Assembly: GCA_044892525.1 (NCBI GenBank) | Contig: CM097887.1 | Location: forward strand, 106,432,397-106,496,396 | Length of the DNA stretch: 64,000 bases | Source: Schmidtea polychroa | Taxonomy: Eukaryota | Reading direction: 5' to 3' | Shown: piece by piece, positions 11,115 through 26,300 of the stretch | How positions within the stretch are numbered: the first letter of the stretch is position 1 | Layout: the number at the start of each line of letters is the position of its first letter | Notes under the pieces: generated by a model | Told to the model about the DNA's origin: nothing | Seen by the model: the letters and a program-made list of their open reading frames with translations, nothing else | The model's database searches: none | Translations under genes and position numbers: made by a program

Positions 11115-11187
11115 TCAGTCACCATTTTTGTTATTCATTTTATATACATTTCGAAACAAGTGTTTGTTACGTCATAATAAACTAAAA

Positions 11188-12638
<1,451 letters not shown>

Positions 12639-12991
12639 ACATTTGTTTGGTAGATAAATTTTCCTAAATAAATTTTAACGTGTTCTTATTTGCGTGTATT
12701 ATATAATTTGTTAATTAATATTAGTCATTCAGTTTGATGATGTAATGATTCATTTATATCAATGGTGCCCACAAATTTTTTTCTAAGATCTACTTTTCAA
12801 ATTGTTATCTACTTAAGCTTCACATGCGGATTTTTTATCATATTTAAGGCATATATCGTCATTAGCAGCGTGATTTTTACAAATAGAAAATGTACGGGTG
12901 ATTAACCTCAGTAATACAAATAAATTATTTAATCACAATTTTGGACTTTAATCTTTAGTTTACACCCGTTTCCACAATATAAGAGTTTCTA

Positions 12992-14568
12992 CACCAACCG
13001 GCAATTGATTATCATCAAATGGCCATTCATTTGCATATTTAATAATATAAATATTAACTTACCTATAATAAATGTGTGTGTGTCATAGCCAGAAGGGACA
13101 TTCAATTAGCTAGGTGACATTGAATTAGCTCTTACACTATAGAAAGATAGAAAAAATTGCTGTTGGAAGAAAAATAAATAAATACATACAAACACGGTTC
13201 ACAAATTTTCTATAATATAAAATACACACTATAGGACATTGATTTATCATAAGGACATTCAATAAGCTAAAAATTTTCATTTTTAAATCAAATTATTATC
13301 AAAATGTTCGAAGATATTTCAGAAGCTTCTTCAGAATCAACAATTCCATTTCAAGAAATTCATAGAAATGTGTAAGTTTTTCATTAAACTTTAATTATTT
13401 TTTAAAAATCGATATAGAATTACCATTAAAGATAAAGAAAGAATCATTAAATCCATGGAAGATGGCCATGATTATTATGAATTAGGCCGTATTCTTGGAA
13501 TTAAGCGGAATACAATAACCAGCATTATTTTGAAATATAAGAAGACTGGAATTTTATCCGCAGGAACAAGAGGAGGCAATCAACCAACAATTATCACAAC
13601 AATTATTGGCCAGGAATTATTGAACTATGTCGAAAGAAATTATTATTCGACATTAAATCAAATGAGATTGTTTTTATCTACAAATCACAATGTAGAAATT
13701 TCCACAAAATCAATATCCAGGTACCTGAAAAATCAATTATTAACCTTCAAAAGGATCAGGCCTTGTGTGGAAGAAAGAAATTCAGATAGAATATTGGATA
13801 TTCGGCAGACATATGTTACACGTCTGCTTGAAGAAGGTTGGAGGAGCAGTAAATCTATTTATATAGATGAATGCTCTTTCAATACATGGACAAACAAGAG
13901 ATTCGGAAGATCTCGAGTAGGCACTCGAATTTACAGCAATGTGCCAACAAATCGAGGTCCCAATATTTCATTAGTTTTGGCAATATCCAAAAATGGGCCA
14001 ATCCATTCACAAATCATCATTGGCTCTTTTAGAAAGGAATCATACCAGTCATTTATAACAGAATTGACTGAGAAACTGAATGGCTCTGGATTCATTTTGA
14101 TACACGATAATGCATCCATCCACAATAATGTATTATCTTTGAACAATCACATAGAAAAGTTGCCTCCATATAGTCCATTTTTGAACCCCATCGAAAGTGT
14201 GTTCAGCAAGATTAAAAATGGGGTAAGGACTAAAGTTTCCTCGACTAATGGATTTTCCAGGATGAGTTTCAATGACAGATTTATCGCAATATCCCAAGCA
14301 GTTATCGAGGAACTTAGCAAACCAGATTATAGTAATTTGAAAAATTACTATAATCATATTAAAAGGTTCTTCCCTAAATGCTTGAAGAAGCAGGATATTT
14401 TAGGTGAATTCTAAAAAATGTAATGTATATTATAATAAATAATTAAATATCTTACTTCTTTATTCATTAGTTTTAAAAAAATCTTAAAATTAACTAAAAT
14501 CCAGAACAAAGCTTATTTGACAAAGCTAAATGAATGTCTCATTTATGATAATTAAATGCGCTTTGGTG
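12992..14568 (+). mobile_element. Apparently autonomous Tc1/IS630-like transposon, 1577 bp
   Basis: TA TSD; imperfect ~45-bp TIRs CACCAACCGGCAATTGATTATCAT.. and CACCAAAGCGCATTTAATTATCAT..; contains an intact transposase. Confidence 0.9.
13304..14414 (+). CDS. Tc1/IS630-family transposase (DD28E), 354 aa spliced; exons 13304-13371 and 13418-14414
   Basis: 46-nt GTAAG..AG intron gives in-frame MFEDISEASSES..HRNV|ITIKDKERIIKSMEDG; motifs YIDECSF, LIHDNASIH, LPPYSPFLNPIESVFSKIK. Confidence 0.9.
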
Positions 14569-14719
14569 TATAATCTAAAAAAAATCGATAAAATTATATT
14601 ATAGCAACACACAAACTTACCTGTGTGCAAAAATTTAATGTTCCGAATGTAGAAAGTTTTATTATAGGAATTGAGAAAGTGACAGAAAAATAATTTTACA
14701 TACAAACACAGGACACATA

Positions 14720-15857
14720 CACCCGTTTCCACATGTTAAAAGTCTCTATAATACATGTTGGTGTGTTCATCTATCGATGACTCACCATTTATGAGAATGT
14801 TTATTTCATTTTTTCATTCTCAATTCAATAATATTTATGGTTTTAGAAGTAAGTTTTTTAAATTTAAGTATATTTTAAGGCTTGAATTTTGATTTCATAT
14901 AATTATGAGATCATTATTCAAGCTCTTAAATATTACTTGTAATCAGCATTTATAATATATTTATAATATATTGATAATTAAATTTCAGGTGCTTTTTTAG
15001 GTATTTTATGATATGTTATGAATTTGGAATTATTTCAATAAAATGTAAGTTATATATATTTTTAACTAAAAAGAAATAAAATAATCACCAAAAACATTTA
15101 TTTTTTTAAGAAATAATGGTTCCAATCGATTTTTTGGAGATTCCCAGTAATCTTCCAAAATCTTTATAATTTTCTCCATTTTCATATGCATTGATGAGAC
15201 GGATTTTGTCATTTTCTGAAATTCTTTGAAAATATTATTTTTTTTTAGTTATTAAAATTTACGATTTTCGAATTTTTTTCTTCAATTCCAAAGATGTCGA
15301 TGGAACTTGTTGAATATCTTCACACAAAGGCGTTTGACTAGAAATATCTGATATGCTGTAAAATATTTTAATTATTTGTAATTAAATGAAAAAATTCTTA
15401 CATTGTCAATTCTTCACCTTCGCAAAATGGAAATGTCTCCAAAGAAATATCTGAAAATCTAAAGAAATATTAACTTCAAAAATATTTTATAAATAGATCT
15501 TACGATGTTTTGTCGTCCATTTCTCAAAAACTCAAAGTTGAGTTGTCAGATTCAAAATCCAAATTTTTTTCAGCCATGAATTTTAATAATTTTAAATTAA
15601 TGATATGTTAACAGTATGTTAATGACTCTCTACTTTCGGAACAAAAAAAGCTATATTAAATTTGCGTGTATTTTATTTTATGTGTCCTGTGTTTGTATGT
15701 AAAATTATTTTTCTGTCACTTTCTCAATTCCTATAATAAAACTTTCTACATTCGGAACATTAAATTTTTGCACACAGGTAAGTTTGTGTGTTGCTATAAT
15801 ATAATTTTATCGATTTTTTTTTAGATTATAGAAACTCTTATATTGTGGAAACGGGTG
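14720..15857 (-). mobile_element. Internally deleted Tc1/IS630-like element nested in the 12963-17815 element
   Basis: Ends CACCCGTTTCCACA../..TGTGGAAACGGGTG, TA TSD; minus-strand remnant RISENDKIRLINAYENGENYKDFGRLLGISKK; DDE core missing. Confidence 0.8.
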
Positions 15858-16426
15858 TAATATAAAATACACGCAAATTTAATATAGCTTTTTTTATTCC
15901 GAAAGTAGAGAGTCATTAACATACTGTTAACATATCATTAATTTAAAATTATTATTATTTTCGAATTTTTTTCTTCAATTCCAAAGATGTTGATGGAACT
16001 TGTTGAATATCTTCACACAAAGGCGTTTGACTAGAAATATCTGATATGCTGTAAAATATTTTAATTATTTGTAATTAAATAAAAAAATTCTTACATTGTC
16101 AGATATTCACCTTCGCAAAATGGAAATGTCTCCAAAGAAATATCTGAAAATCTAAAGAAATATTAACTTCAAAAATATTTTATAAATAGATCTTACGATG
16201 TTTTGTCGTCCATTTCTCGAAAACTCAAAGTTGAGTTGTCAGATTCAAAATCCAAATTTTTTTCAGCCATGAATTTTAATAATTTTAAATTAATGATATG
16301 CTAACAGTATGTTAATGACTCTCTACTTTCGGAATAAAAAAAGCTATATTAAATTTGCTTGTATTTTATATTATGTGTGCTGTGTTTGTATGTTAAATTA
16401 TTTTTCTGTCACTTTCTCAATTCCTA

Positions 16427-17690
16427 CACCTAACCGCGAAAGTTAACATTGTCTATAATATACGTTGGTGTGCACACCACCTGAGGTGAGTCACCAATTA
16501 TATGACAATGTTAACTTAATTTCATTTATTCTATTTTTCAAAAATCATTTTAAGGTAAGTTTTTGAATTGAAGTAATTTTTAGGACTTGAATTTTGATTT
16601 TATATAATTATGAGATCATTATTCAAGTTCTTAAATATTACTGTTAGTCATCATTTATAATTTATCATTTATAAATATATTAATAATTAGATTTCAGGCG
16701 TTTTTTTAGGAAATTTATGATATTTTATGCATTAATATGGAATTATTTCGCTAAAATGTAAGTTAAATATTTTTATATTTATAAATAAATAAAGTAATCA
16801 CCATACACATTTATTTTTTTAATACATTTAGGGAAAAATCGGCGTACATGAACGAAATAGTTTTTTAAATTTTTATAATCTTCTTTCTGCAGCTCATTGG
16901 CTTCGACAAAATCCAACAAATTATTTCCCTGTTCTTCTGAAATAATTTGTTTTCTGCCACTTCTTTTTCCTTTTGTAATTTCGGCATATTTCTTATATTT
17001 GTAAATTATTGAAATAATTGAATTTTTGGGGATTCCGAGCAATCTTCCAAATTCTTTATAATTGTCCCCATTTTCAAATGCATTAATAAGCCGAATTTTG
17101 TCTATTTCTGTAATTCTTTGAAAATATTAATTTGTTAAAATAATTTATTAAAATTTACGATTTGCGATTTTTTTTCTGCAAATTCGAAGTTGTCGAAGGA
17201 CCTTCTTCAATATTTGAAATGGTACCTTCACGCAAAGAAATATCTGTTATACTGTAAAATATTTTAATATTTTATATTTTAATGAATAAATCTTACATTG
17301 TCAGATCTTCAACTTCGCAAAAAGCCACTGTGTCCTGTGAAATATCTGTAAATCTAAAGAAATTTTATATTCCAAATTATTTTATAATTAAATCTTACGA
17401 TGTATCTTCTTTTTTTTCCCTAAAGCTCAACGTAGAGCAGTCGGAATCTGATTCAAAAGTTTTTTTGTACATAATTTTTTTAAATAATTTAAAAATATTG
17501 ATATGTTAATTATATGTTAATCAATCTGAATTTCGCATGAAAAACACTTTACTTAATTTTGTATGTATTTTTCATTATGTGTGCTGTGCTTGTATGCTTA
17601 ATTATTTTCTCTCACTTTTTAGATTCCTATAATATATATTTATTGATTTTTTTTTAGATTATAGATAATGTTATATTTCGCGGTTAGGTG
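16427..17690 (-). mobile_element. Internally deleted Tc1/IS630-like element nested in the 12963-17815 element
   Basis: Ends CACCTAACCGCGAAA../..TTTCGCGGTTAGGTG, TA TSD; ORF 16779-17042 joins the HTH (LGIPKNSIISII) directly to the C-terminal tail (NLKNYFVHVRRFFPKC). Confidence 0.85.
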
Positions 17691-19974
17691 TATAATAAAA
17701 CTTTTAACATTCGGAACATTAAATTTTTGCACACAGGTAAGTTTGTGTGTTGCTATAATATAATTTTATCGATTTTTTTTAGATTATAGAAACTCTTATA
17801 TTGTGGATTTCGGTGTATCAGCAGATTTAATAGATGGATAGAAGTAATTAGCTAGACTTACGGCAAAAGGACTTTTATGACTTCCAAGATTTACTTAATC
17901 CGATATCGGATGAAAAACGAGTTGGACGTCTATTTTCCCAATCTATATTGACTCTTATCAAATGCTACTCGTCTCGTCGATTTGGTGGACGTCACTCAAC
18001 GATCTGTCAACGGGATATCTTTATTTGAATGCTACTCGTCTCTCTAGTGTAGCTGATTCTTAGCCAACTGAAAAATCAACGGATTACTTCTCCAAATTGC
18101 CGATGATAATTTCCTTCAAGACTACGGTAAGCATTTTGATTAATTGTCAAGCGATATTTACATTTCTGTCAGGTTGAATTCTTATCGATGATAGTGGCAA
18201 ATCAAAAGCTGGTAATTAAGTCTTCTCAAAGTTAGCAGGCGAGCAAGATGATGAATTTAGCCGCTAACGTCCTCGCAATCTGGAAATGTTGGTAGAAAAG
18301 GAAATCACGAAATTTTTATTATTCTTCGCGAAACGAAAGAATGTTGGAATTATTCGTGTACCTCGAAGATTCTATCAAATGCTTGTTCAAACAGTCGCGT
18401 TTCTTCAAAAGGAAAATTACTCTGAATTTGCGATAATCAAACTCAAGACTCGGATAGAATGTCGAAAATATTGTCAATCTCCTTCCTCATAGAATTTTCA
18501 GTCAATTAGTCATCAGCATCAAAACGATGTGACCTGGAATTTTCTCAATGGAAAGCTTTCGACGACGAATTTTATGGATCCCACTCGATGAAAGAATTAT
18601 TGTCATAAATTGTTCTTCCTCACCGGATTTCCTCACCCCTCACGACCCACGCAAGGATAGTACGCATTTCTGCCCACTACCCTTGGACCGTCGTGAAGGA
18701 CAAATCGACCCAAACTGTCTTAAATCATCATCAAATAAATATGAAATAATGATACTAATGCAAATCAATAAATAAATATTTACCTGGCGACCACGCCATT
18801 TGAATTCCGGGTATGATGACTCTTGATGCTACCAACTTTTACATCCAACAATTGATCAGTATATCGCCCAATTTCATACAAATCTTCGGCTGGCTCTAAC
18901 AATTCAAGTTCATCGTGTCTTGGTATTCATGTTCATGAGTTTTCTTCGTAATACATTCATAATCCGGCCGCATCATACCCGAACTTCAGATGACATCGTC
19001 GCCAGCACCATGAAGAAAAAGCAGAATATTTTTTAAATAAATTTTATTGAAAATAAAATATTTTGTTATTTATTATTCATATTAAACATCAATGATACTA
19101 TACTAATAATCTACCATCCATCAACCAAACATAACTTACCAGAATTCTTTTCGAAGGTGTTGAAAATAAAATCAAGGTGCTACAATTGGTTATCCTAAAT
19201 AGATTTGTTTTCGTTAACTTGATTCGATCTCCGGAATTTATCTCGTCAAAGTGGTTTCCGTAGTGTTCGGTTATGAGTATTGTTCTGCGATCTGTGCTCG
19301 TGGTTTGTAAGTGGTCCCTAGATTTCGTCCCTGTAGAGTTTTTGGTTAAAGTGATGTCTGAAATCTACAATCTGCAATCTGCAATCGTGGATTAAAAGTG
19401 GCAGTGTTTTTAACTTAGAAAATTTTACCTGCAATCGTGGATTAAAAGTGGTAGTCTTCTAATTTTCCACGTTGCTTATATATTATTTTTCGTCCAATCA
19501 GGACACAGTTAACTTGTAATTTTGTTATTTATTATTATTTTTATGATATTTATTGTTTGGTAATAAATTTTAGTGGTCTTGTTTTATTTTTATTATTATT
19601 TTATTGTTTTCTTAATGTTAATTATTTTTCTTATTTTTTCTAAAGATTTATCGTCGTTTTATTACAATATAATTTTTTTTGTTTTAACTAACTTATAAAT
19701 TTATTTAGGAATTGTTTTTATTTTTATTTTGTTTTCCTTAATTTCTTATTTATTTACCTGAAATTTTTTGCTATTTTATTTTCCTTTTATTGTTATGCGC
19801 ATTAGGTAGTTTATTTTTGTATTATTCAAATCTTGAGGGTTTTATTATTTTATTATTTATTCCTATTGACATTTTGTTGGGTTTTCCTATATATTAGTGG
19901 AGTTTTAGGTTAAAATTATTTTATCCTATTTTATTATTTTGTGTGGTTCCTCTCTCATCTTTGATTCAATTTTC

Positions 19975-21289
19975 AACACCTTCGAGGCTTGGCCCAACAA
20001 AGGTAATTTGCCAATTTGAAAATAAAAAACATATTATGGTAAAGATAATTTGAAAACAAGAAAAAAAATATTTTAAGCTTTGCACCATTGGATATTCTGC
20101 ATTGCATTACATCAACAATGTCTTTGTAGTTAGGGATGTACTTAGGCAGTTTCTTAAACACAAACCCAAATGTTCGTCCGTTAAACAGCTATGATATTTG
20201 GATTTTCATTTGATAAAATACTCTTTCACATAAATTTGTAGATCCAAAACCTGCGTGCAAATTCTCAGCACATTTTTGCAAACTTGGTTATTTTTCTTCC
20301 AAATATTTCACTACGAAGATCTTGATTTAATTAGAACATCTATTTGTAGTTCAATGACTTCTGTTTCTAGGATTTCGATATTCATTTTAATTAGAGATGA
20401 AAGTTTGCTACAGTTTCTTCTACTTAGATGTTTGTTGCAAATGGAAAAGTCATAAGTGAAATCACACTATCAAGTTTGTTGTAGTCTTGGAAACGTCTCT
20501 CAAATTCCACATTAATATTTCTAATGTGATCTACGTATCTAATTGGGTCATAATTTGTAGAAGAGATTTTTATATTTGGAAAATGAGCTAAGTTTTTATT
20601 TTCAAGTTTGCTTAAAAAAGAGCTGGAGCTTCCGTTTGAAAGCCTTTACGGAACATATCATTTTAAAAATCACTTTATCATTGGCTTGTAATTCAACATT
20701 TAAATCATTAAGTTTGGATGTGATGTCTGCTAAACAAGCTAAGTCTAATAGCCAAGTATCATTCTCTATTTGCGTGCATTCATAACCTCTGGAAATAAGA
20801 AATTTCTTAATTTCGCTTATCAGATCTTGGAATTGATGAATAAATTTGCCTCTGCTTAACCACCTGACGGCGGTATACATAAGTAGTTCTGTAGGTCCCT
20901 CATTATCACTTTCTTTTATTTGGATCTTAAAAAGCCGCTCCTAGAGACTTTTTGCTAGAATTGAGTTTTCAATCTATAATATCTTTCATATTTAAAATTT
21001 TGCCACATAATGGCCGTTGATGTACATTGCAGTGATATAACAGGAAGTCGGGAAATTTATCGTCATTTCGACTTAGAGCAATAAAATCATTATGATGACC
21101 TATCATTGCTGGGGCTCCGTCTGAAGTTATTAATACAAGCTTGAAAATTGGCCACTAAATAATATTCGTCAACTTTTTAAAGCTGAAAAACATTTTCTCC
21201 TTCGAGTTGTTCCTTTTAGAGGAATAATTGTTAGAAGTTCCTCTTTCGTGGAAAATATATACAAAAAAATACAATTTTCGAAGCAAAAG
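19975..21289 (-). pseudogene. hAT transposase remnant, SPIN/Buster/GTF2IRD2-like
   Basis: TSDGAPAMIG, YHCNVHQ, TAVRWLSRGK, WLLDLACLADITSKLNDLNVELQ, FGSTNLCERVF; stops and frameshifts; cut by the assembly gap. Confidence 0.85.
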
Positions 21290-21546
21290 NNNNNNNNNNN
21301 NNNNNNNNNNNNNNNNNNNNNNNNNNNNNNNNNNNNNNNNNNNNNNNNNNNNNNNNNNNNNNNNNNNNNNNNNNNNNNNNNNNNNNNNNNNNNNNNNNNN
21401 NNNNNNNNNNNNNNNNNNNNNNNNNNNNNNNNNNNNNNNNNNNNNNNNNNNNNNNNNNNNNNNNNNNNNNNNNNNNNNNNNNNNNNNNNNNNNNNNNNNN
21501 NNNNNNNNNNNNNNNNNNNNNNNNNNNNNNNNNNNNNNNNNNNNNN
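21290..21546. other. Assembly gap (N run)
   Basis: Run of N. Confidence 1.
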
Positions 21547-21547
21547 A

Positions 21548-22360
21548 AGCATACATTTACCTACTCGAGCTGTTTCCAGCGTAACCCGGAATACAAACAA
21601 CATTTTCTCCGCTTGATAACCGTTGAGCGATCAACGTTGGTACTGTATCAATAGGGTGAGTGCTATAATTGTCGGGCACTCCTTGGGTTCACGGACTGCC
21701 GATAGAAGGCATATATCCGATTTTCTATACAGGTCCTTACTCTATTTATAGATTTTATTTCCTCCTCTCTTTCATCTCATAACTCTACGGATTAACACAA
21801 TATACTTGTTTACTTTATACACATCATATCATCACATCATGGCTTTCGTGCGGAAATATTGGCCTGGTGACCTCTTTTGAGTTTGTCGCACACGGCCCTA
21901 TCCAGACGCTTCTTCTTAATCGGACCCAATGGTAGCCGTTACTAGTAAATTATGACTAATTCTTCAGTAACTGATTTGATCTGTCCCGCCAATTCTTGGT
22001 CCACTCATTCTAGTTGAGCTGGGTCTCGAATTTTATCGATTTACCTTCTCGGCCGTCTTTCACCCTAACCAGACATACTCACACACATGCATACACACCG
22101 CATACACCATCATCTGTATCCATGCACGTACCTAAATGTAAACCGTGGTCTGATAAACTTTATTGGTTAAATTGGAGTTAAAACTTTTGTTTGGCTACCT
22201 CTGAATTTCGTAGCATCGACGGTGTCTGTAACCCAAAGATAAATTCGAAGTGGTTGGGCATTGGTTTTACTATCCTGACCATCTGTCCTATACTGGCCAT
22301 CGGCCCATGTTACTATACAAATTCCGAGGCGGTTTATTTTAGTCTTTAAGTCCAAAAGAA
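21548..22360 (-). mobile_element. LTR-like segment and adjacent internal retroelement remnant
   Basis: Homology to 9370-9590; TATAAATAG (minus strand, ~21750) upstream of CCTTCTATCGG. Confidence 0.5.
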
Positions 22361-23326
22361 AATTTCTTGATTGCCGAGTTAAAATCTAGTTTATTTCTAT
22401 TAAAATTTCTCATCTCCTAATTTATTAATCACGTTATTTTATTACATTATTCCACCCGGTTTTAAATACCCATATACTGCAAGAGTTTGGTCGACTGGTG
22501 ACTTCTATATAAAATTTTATTCCATTTCATTTCACCCTGTAATTTTAAAGTAATTATTTCTCTACCTTTTCAAATTTTGTTCATTAAGGTACTTTAGTCC
22601 TTAATTTGTTTAGTGACTTTTATATAAAATTTTATTCAAGTACACCTCGTTCTGTAATTTTAAAGTAACTATTTCCTTACCTTTTCACTTTTTGTTAATT
22701 AAGGTACTTTTTAATCCTTAATTTGTTTTAATTTTATGAATATTTAAAAGTGTAATTTGTAAATTTGTTTACCTGTTTTATTGCAGTGTAATTTTTTCTT
22801 TTTTTAGATTACATATGCCATTTGCTGAACCACTCAGATTCATCGGTGCTGGATGAGATACTAGAACCCTCATCCTCACTTATACTAAGTTGTTGGGGTC
22901 AGTAGAATCTTCAGAATCCACAAGAATATCACTATGGAAATTATTTCAACGATAATATCTATTCTCAACCTTGACATATAACGAATGGTTAATCTTTGCT
23001 GTAGTCGTTAAACTGATATACTGAAACAAACATATTTCTTTTATAAAATAAAACATTGCCATGGATTTTCGTTTTCGATATTAGTCTTGATTTTTATTTT
23101 TAATATTGTAATTACGACTTATTGTCAAAATTTTTGGACCTTCGTTCTAAATAATGGTTAGTAAAATATTTCCCGAATCGTTGGATCAAGTTTTATTCCT
23201 CAATATTTTAATTAACTGATCTCATGAACCAAGCGGGTAAGCATGGATGAATTTATTTTTTAAAGCTTTGGGTAGTATTAGATGCTCGATCAATGTAATT
23301 AATTTAAATTTTATATATATATATAT

Positions 23327-26300
23327 TAGGGTGGGTCGAATGTTAAAAAATTTTGAGTTCAAGAAAGGAAACATGGTTAAAAAGTTGTATTTTGGTATAG
23401 AAAAATCGAATCAAACCATTTTACTTAGATTTATGGACATTTACTGCTCCCAACTTTTCTCCGAAAATGCAGTTCAACATAAGTGTGAAAACAATGTAAT
23501 TTGGCTAGTGTCGGAATGTGTTTTGCGCCTTTGTCCATATTTAGATGTAGCTTTCTTAAGAGCTTATAAGTATTAGGGTGGGTCGAATGTTAATAAATTT
23601 TGAGTTCAAGAAAGGAAACATGGTTAAAAAGTTGTATTTTGGTATAGAAAAATCGAATCAAACCATTTTACTTAGATTTATGGACATTTACTGCTCCCAA
23701 CTTTTCTCCGAAAATGCAGTTCAACATAAGTGTGAAAACAATGTAATTTGGCTAGTGTCGGAATGTGTTTTGCGCCTTTGTCCATATTTAGATGTAGCTT
23801 TCTTAAGAGCTTATAAGTATATTATTTACTCTCTTGGGCTGAGATAGTATATTCTGTGTCCTCATCCCGCATTGAAATATATCCTGACAACGTCAGTGAT
23901 TAGGAAGGGCCAAATTTGAATTATCCTTTTCAAAGACAAAAATCAACTTTCGAAATTATTTTTTATTAAAAACATCCAGCCAAAAGTTTAGAAATGTATT
24001 AGCGAGGGCATAAAAAGAAGTCACATGAAATCAGCTTTGCTTTGCACCTTGGGCAATTCCTTCCTTGATTTTTTACACAGTAGTACCATACCATGTCTGG
24101 ACTTGTGACCAAACACTTTGCAACTGGCAGAAGAAACATCTTTGATGGCTCTTTCAACGGCTTGAGAATGACAGGGAAATTGTTCTAATGTAATTTTCTT
24201 ATTCATCTTCAATTCATGATCCAATATATGAGATAAAAGAGGGGGAGGCGTCAAATTACATTTTGTCCAGTCAATCATGTCAGCATATGATGTAGCAGAC
24301 GACTGAAGAAAGACAGTATTCTTGTCCATAGTGCGAATCACTTCGGAAGGGAGAAAATTTTGTCTTGCAGTTATGATTTTTTCTGTTGCAAACTTTCTGA
24401 TTTCTTCATCATCATCACCAACAGCAGCTAGGAGTATATTTTCTGGATGTGAGAAGTAATTGTTGTTCTGAATGACAGGAAAGATGATTTCTTGGTCTGA
24501 TGGATCCAAATCCTGCAGAAGTTGGAGCATATAAAAAATATTTCTTGCACCATCTTGGCATGACGAGTGAATCTTTATATAAAACCATGACGGTCCATAG
24601 AAATTGACAATAAATTTCACTATTCGCATGAGAGGTTCAGATGGAGCAGTTTCGGACATATATAGTCGCAGAATTCTATTAGCTTTCGTTAGCCAGCGTC
24701 TGTGATTCAAATTTCCTGGTTGTGCCATTTGTAGAAAAGGGACATCCTTGTTGTTGTGGTACCCTTTCTGGACTGCCAAGCATACTCTGAGGAAATACAA
24801 TTGATCAGTGTTCAATTCTTTCTTGACATTTTCACTAATATCTACGACCTTTCCAGGAAGGGACATAAAGGCTACTACGGGCTTGTCTTTTGGATCAAAA
24901 TCAAGAACGCTTCCTATTTCACCACATGACGTTTTTGGACCTTTTGTTTCTCCACCATCGACGACTGAAAAAGACTTCCTGAATGGCAATTCATTTGCAT
25001 GCAACAAGCATATCAGCCATTGTAGAGGTCGCCCTAGGCTTTTTTCGAGTCTTCTGATTATTCCATTATTTTTTCCGGTGTTTGTATTGGTTCCATCGCA
25101 CACAATTGCTTGAAGGGTCAGTGAGGACTGCGTGCTAACGATGATTGACATGATTTCTTTGCCAATATCCACAGCTTTACTACTTTGAGGTACAACATGA
25201 TCGATATATGTATCCCCTGGAAAGGCGACAATCACATAATGCTCCTCTTTTAGGATCCTTCTATGAAGTAAGGTGGAATCTTGTTTCCCGTCGAAACCGA
25301 GGCAAATCAAGTTTTTCGCTTCTGCTGAATGCTGTTCAATTTCTCTCTCCCTCCAGTACTTTCTCTGACGCCGTAATTTTGCGGGATCGATGATTGTTTG
25401 AGAGGATAACAGTTCCATATCTTTCAGAAAAGCGTTTACTAGCAAACACGTGTCTCTGTTGCTCACACCACATCTGTCAACAGCTTTACTTAATTCAGGA
25501 TAATGTCTTCTATTTTGAAATTCATCACATTCTTCTACGCTTGACTCTGAGCTTTCTGTTGAATTGTCTAACTTATCTTTACTTTCATCACTAGCGGCTT
25601 CACTCTCCGTGTCACTTCTTGAGGTCGGATGTAGATCGTTAACTTCAGTGTCCATTATTTCATTTTTCATTTGTTTTCCTTTTCCTGTAGGGCTGCTTTT
25701 CGTTTGTTTTCTCTTCAATTTTGAGGTTTCCTGTCTGTCCGTATTTCCGATTTTCATGTTTCTGGTAGTTTGTTGGTCAATCCAGAACTCCCACTCTAAG
25801 GTAGGAATTTTCAAGGCCAATCGGCATGTACACTGACTTCTTCCACGAGCACCATCATTAAAACATTTGCAGCAACATATGTCAAACAATTTGGAAAACG
25901 AGCTTAACTTATCTTGAAATTTGGCAGATGACCTCTTGCATACTGGATACTTCTCTAATTCACGCACTTTTGATATTAGTCGCTTGACACGAACCACAAT
26001 ACTACTGAACTCAACAGTTGGGATACTTGCCTTCATATAAATTTCCTTCACCTTATTTGCGAGAAGAGTTGCTTGTTCGTTAAAGCCAGTATGAAATTGC
26101 GTACATTTCTCATTGTAACAGTAATCACGAAACACATCTTCACAAGTAGGTAATTGGTTTCTGGGTAGTTCACAAGTTTGACCAAACAGACAATGACGTG
26201 ATTTACTTCTTGTTTTGCGAAATTGCTTATTTCTCTGTCCCTTCATAACTGCTCTTCTGTACTCAGCTCTGGCAAAATAAAAGTGAATCATCAAGTTAAC

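Larger units (their letters stand above)
12963..17815. mobile_element. Non-autonomous Tc1/IS630-like element (about 870 bp of its own sequence) hosting three nested insertions
   Basis: Ends CACCCGTTTCCACAATATAAGAGTTTCTA.. / ..TATAGAAACTCTTATATTGTGGATTTCGGTG, TA-flanked; its sequence resumes exactly after each nested TA duplication. Confidence 0.8.

Noticed and set aside
21155-21616. ORFs spanning the N run
   Set aside because: Artefacts of the assembly gap.
23247-23847. Two near-identical plus-strand ORFs (109 and 89 aa)
   Set aside because: They read through the duplicated noncoding transposon end.
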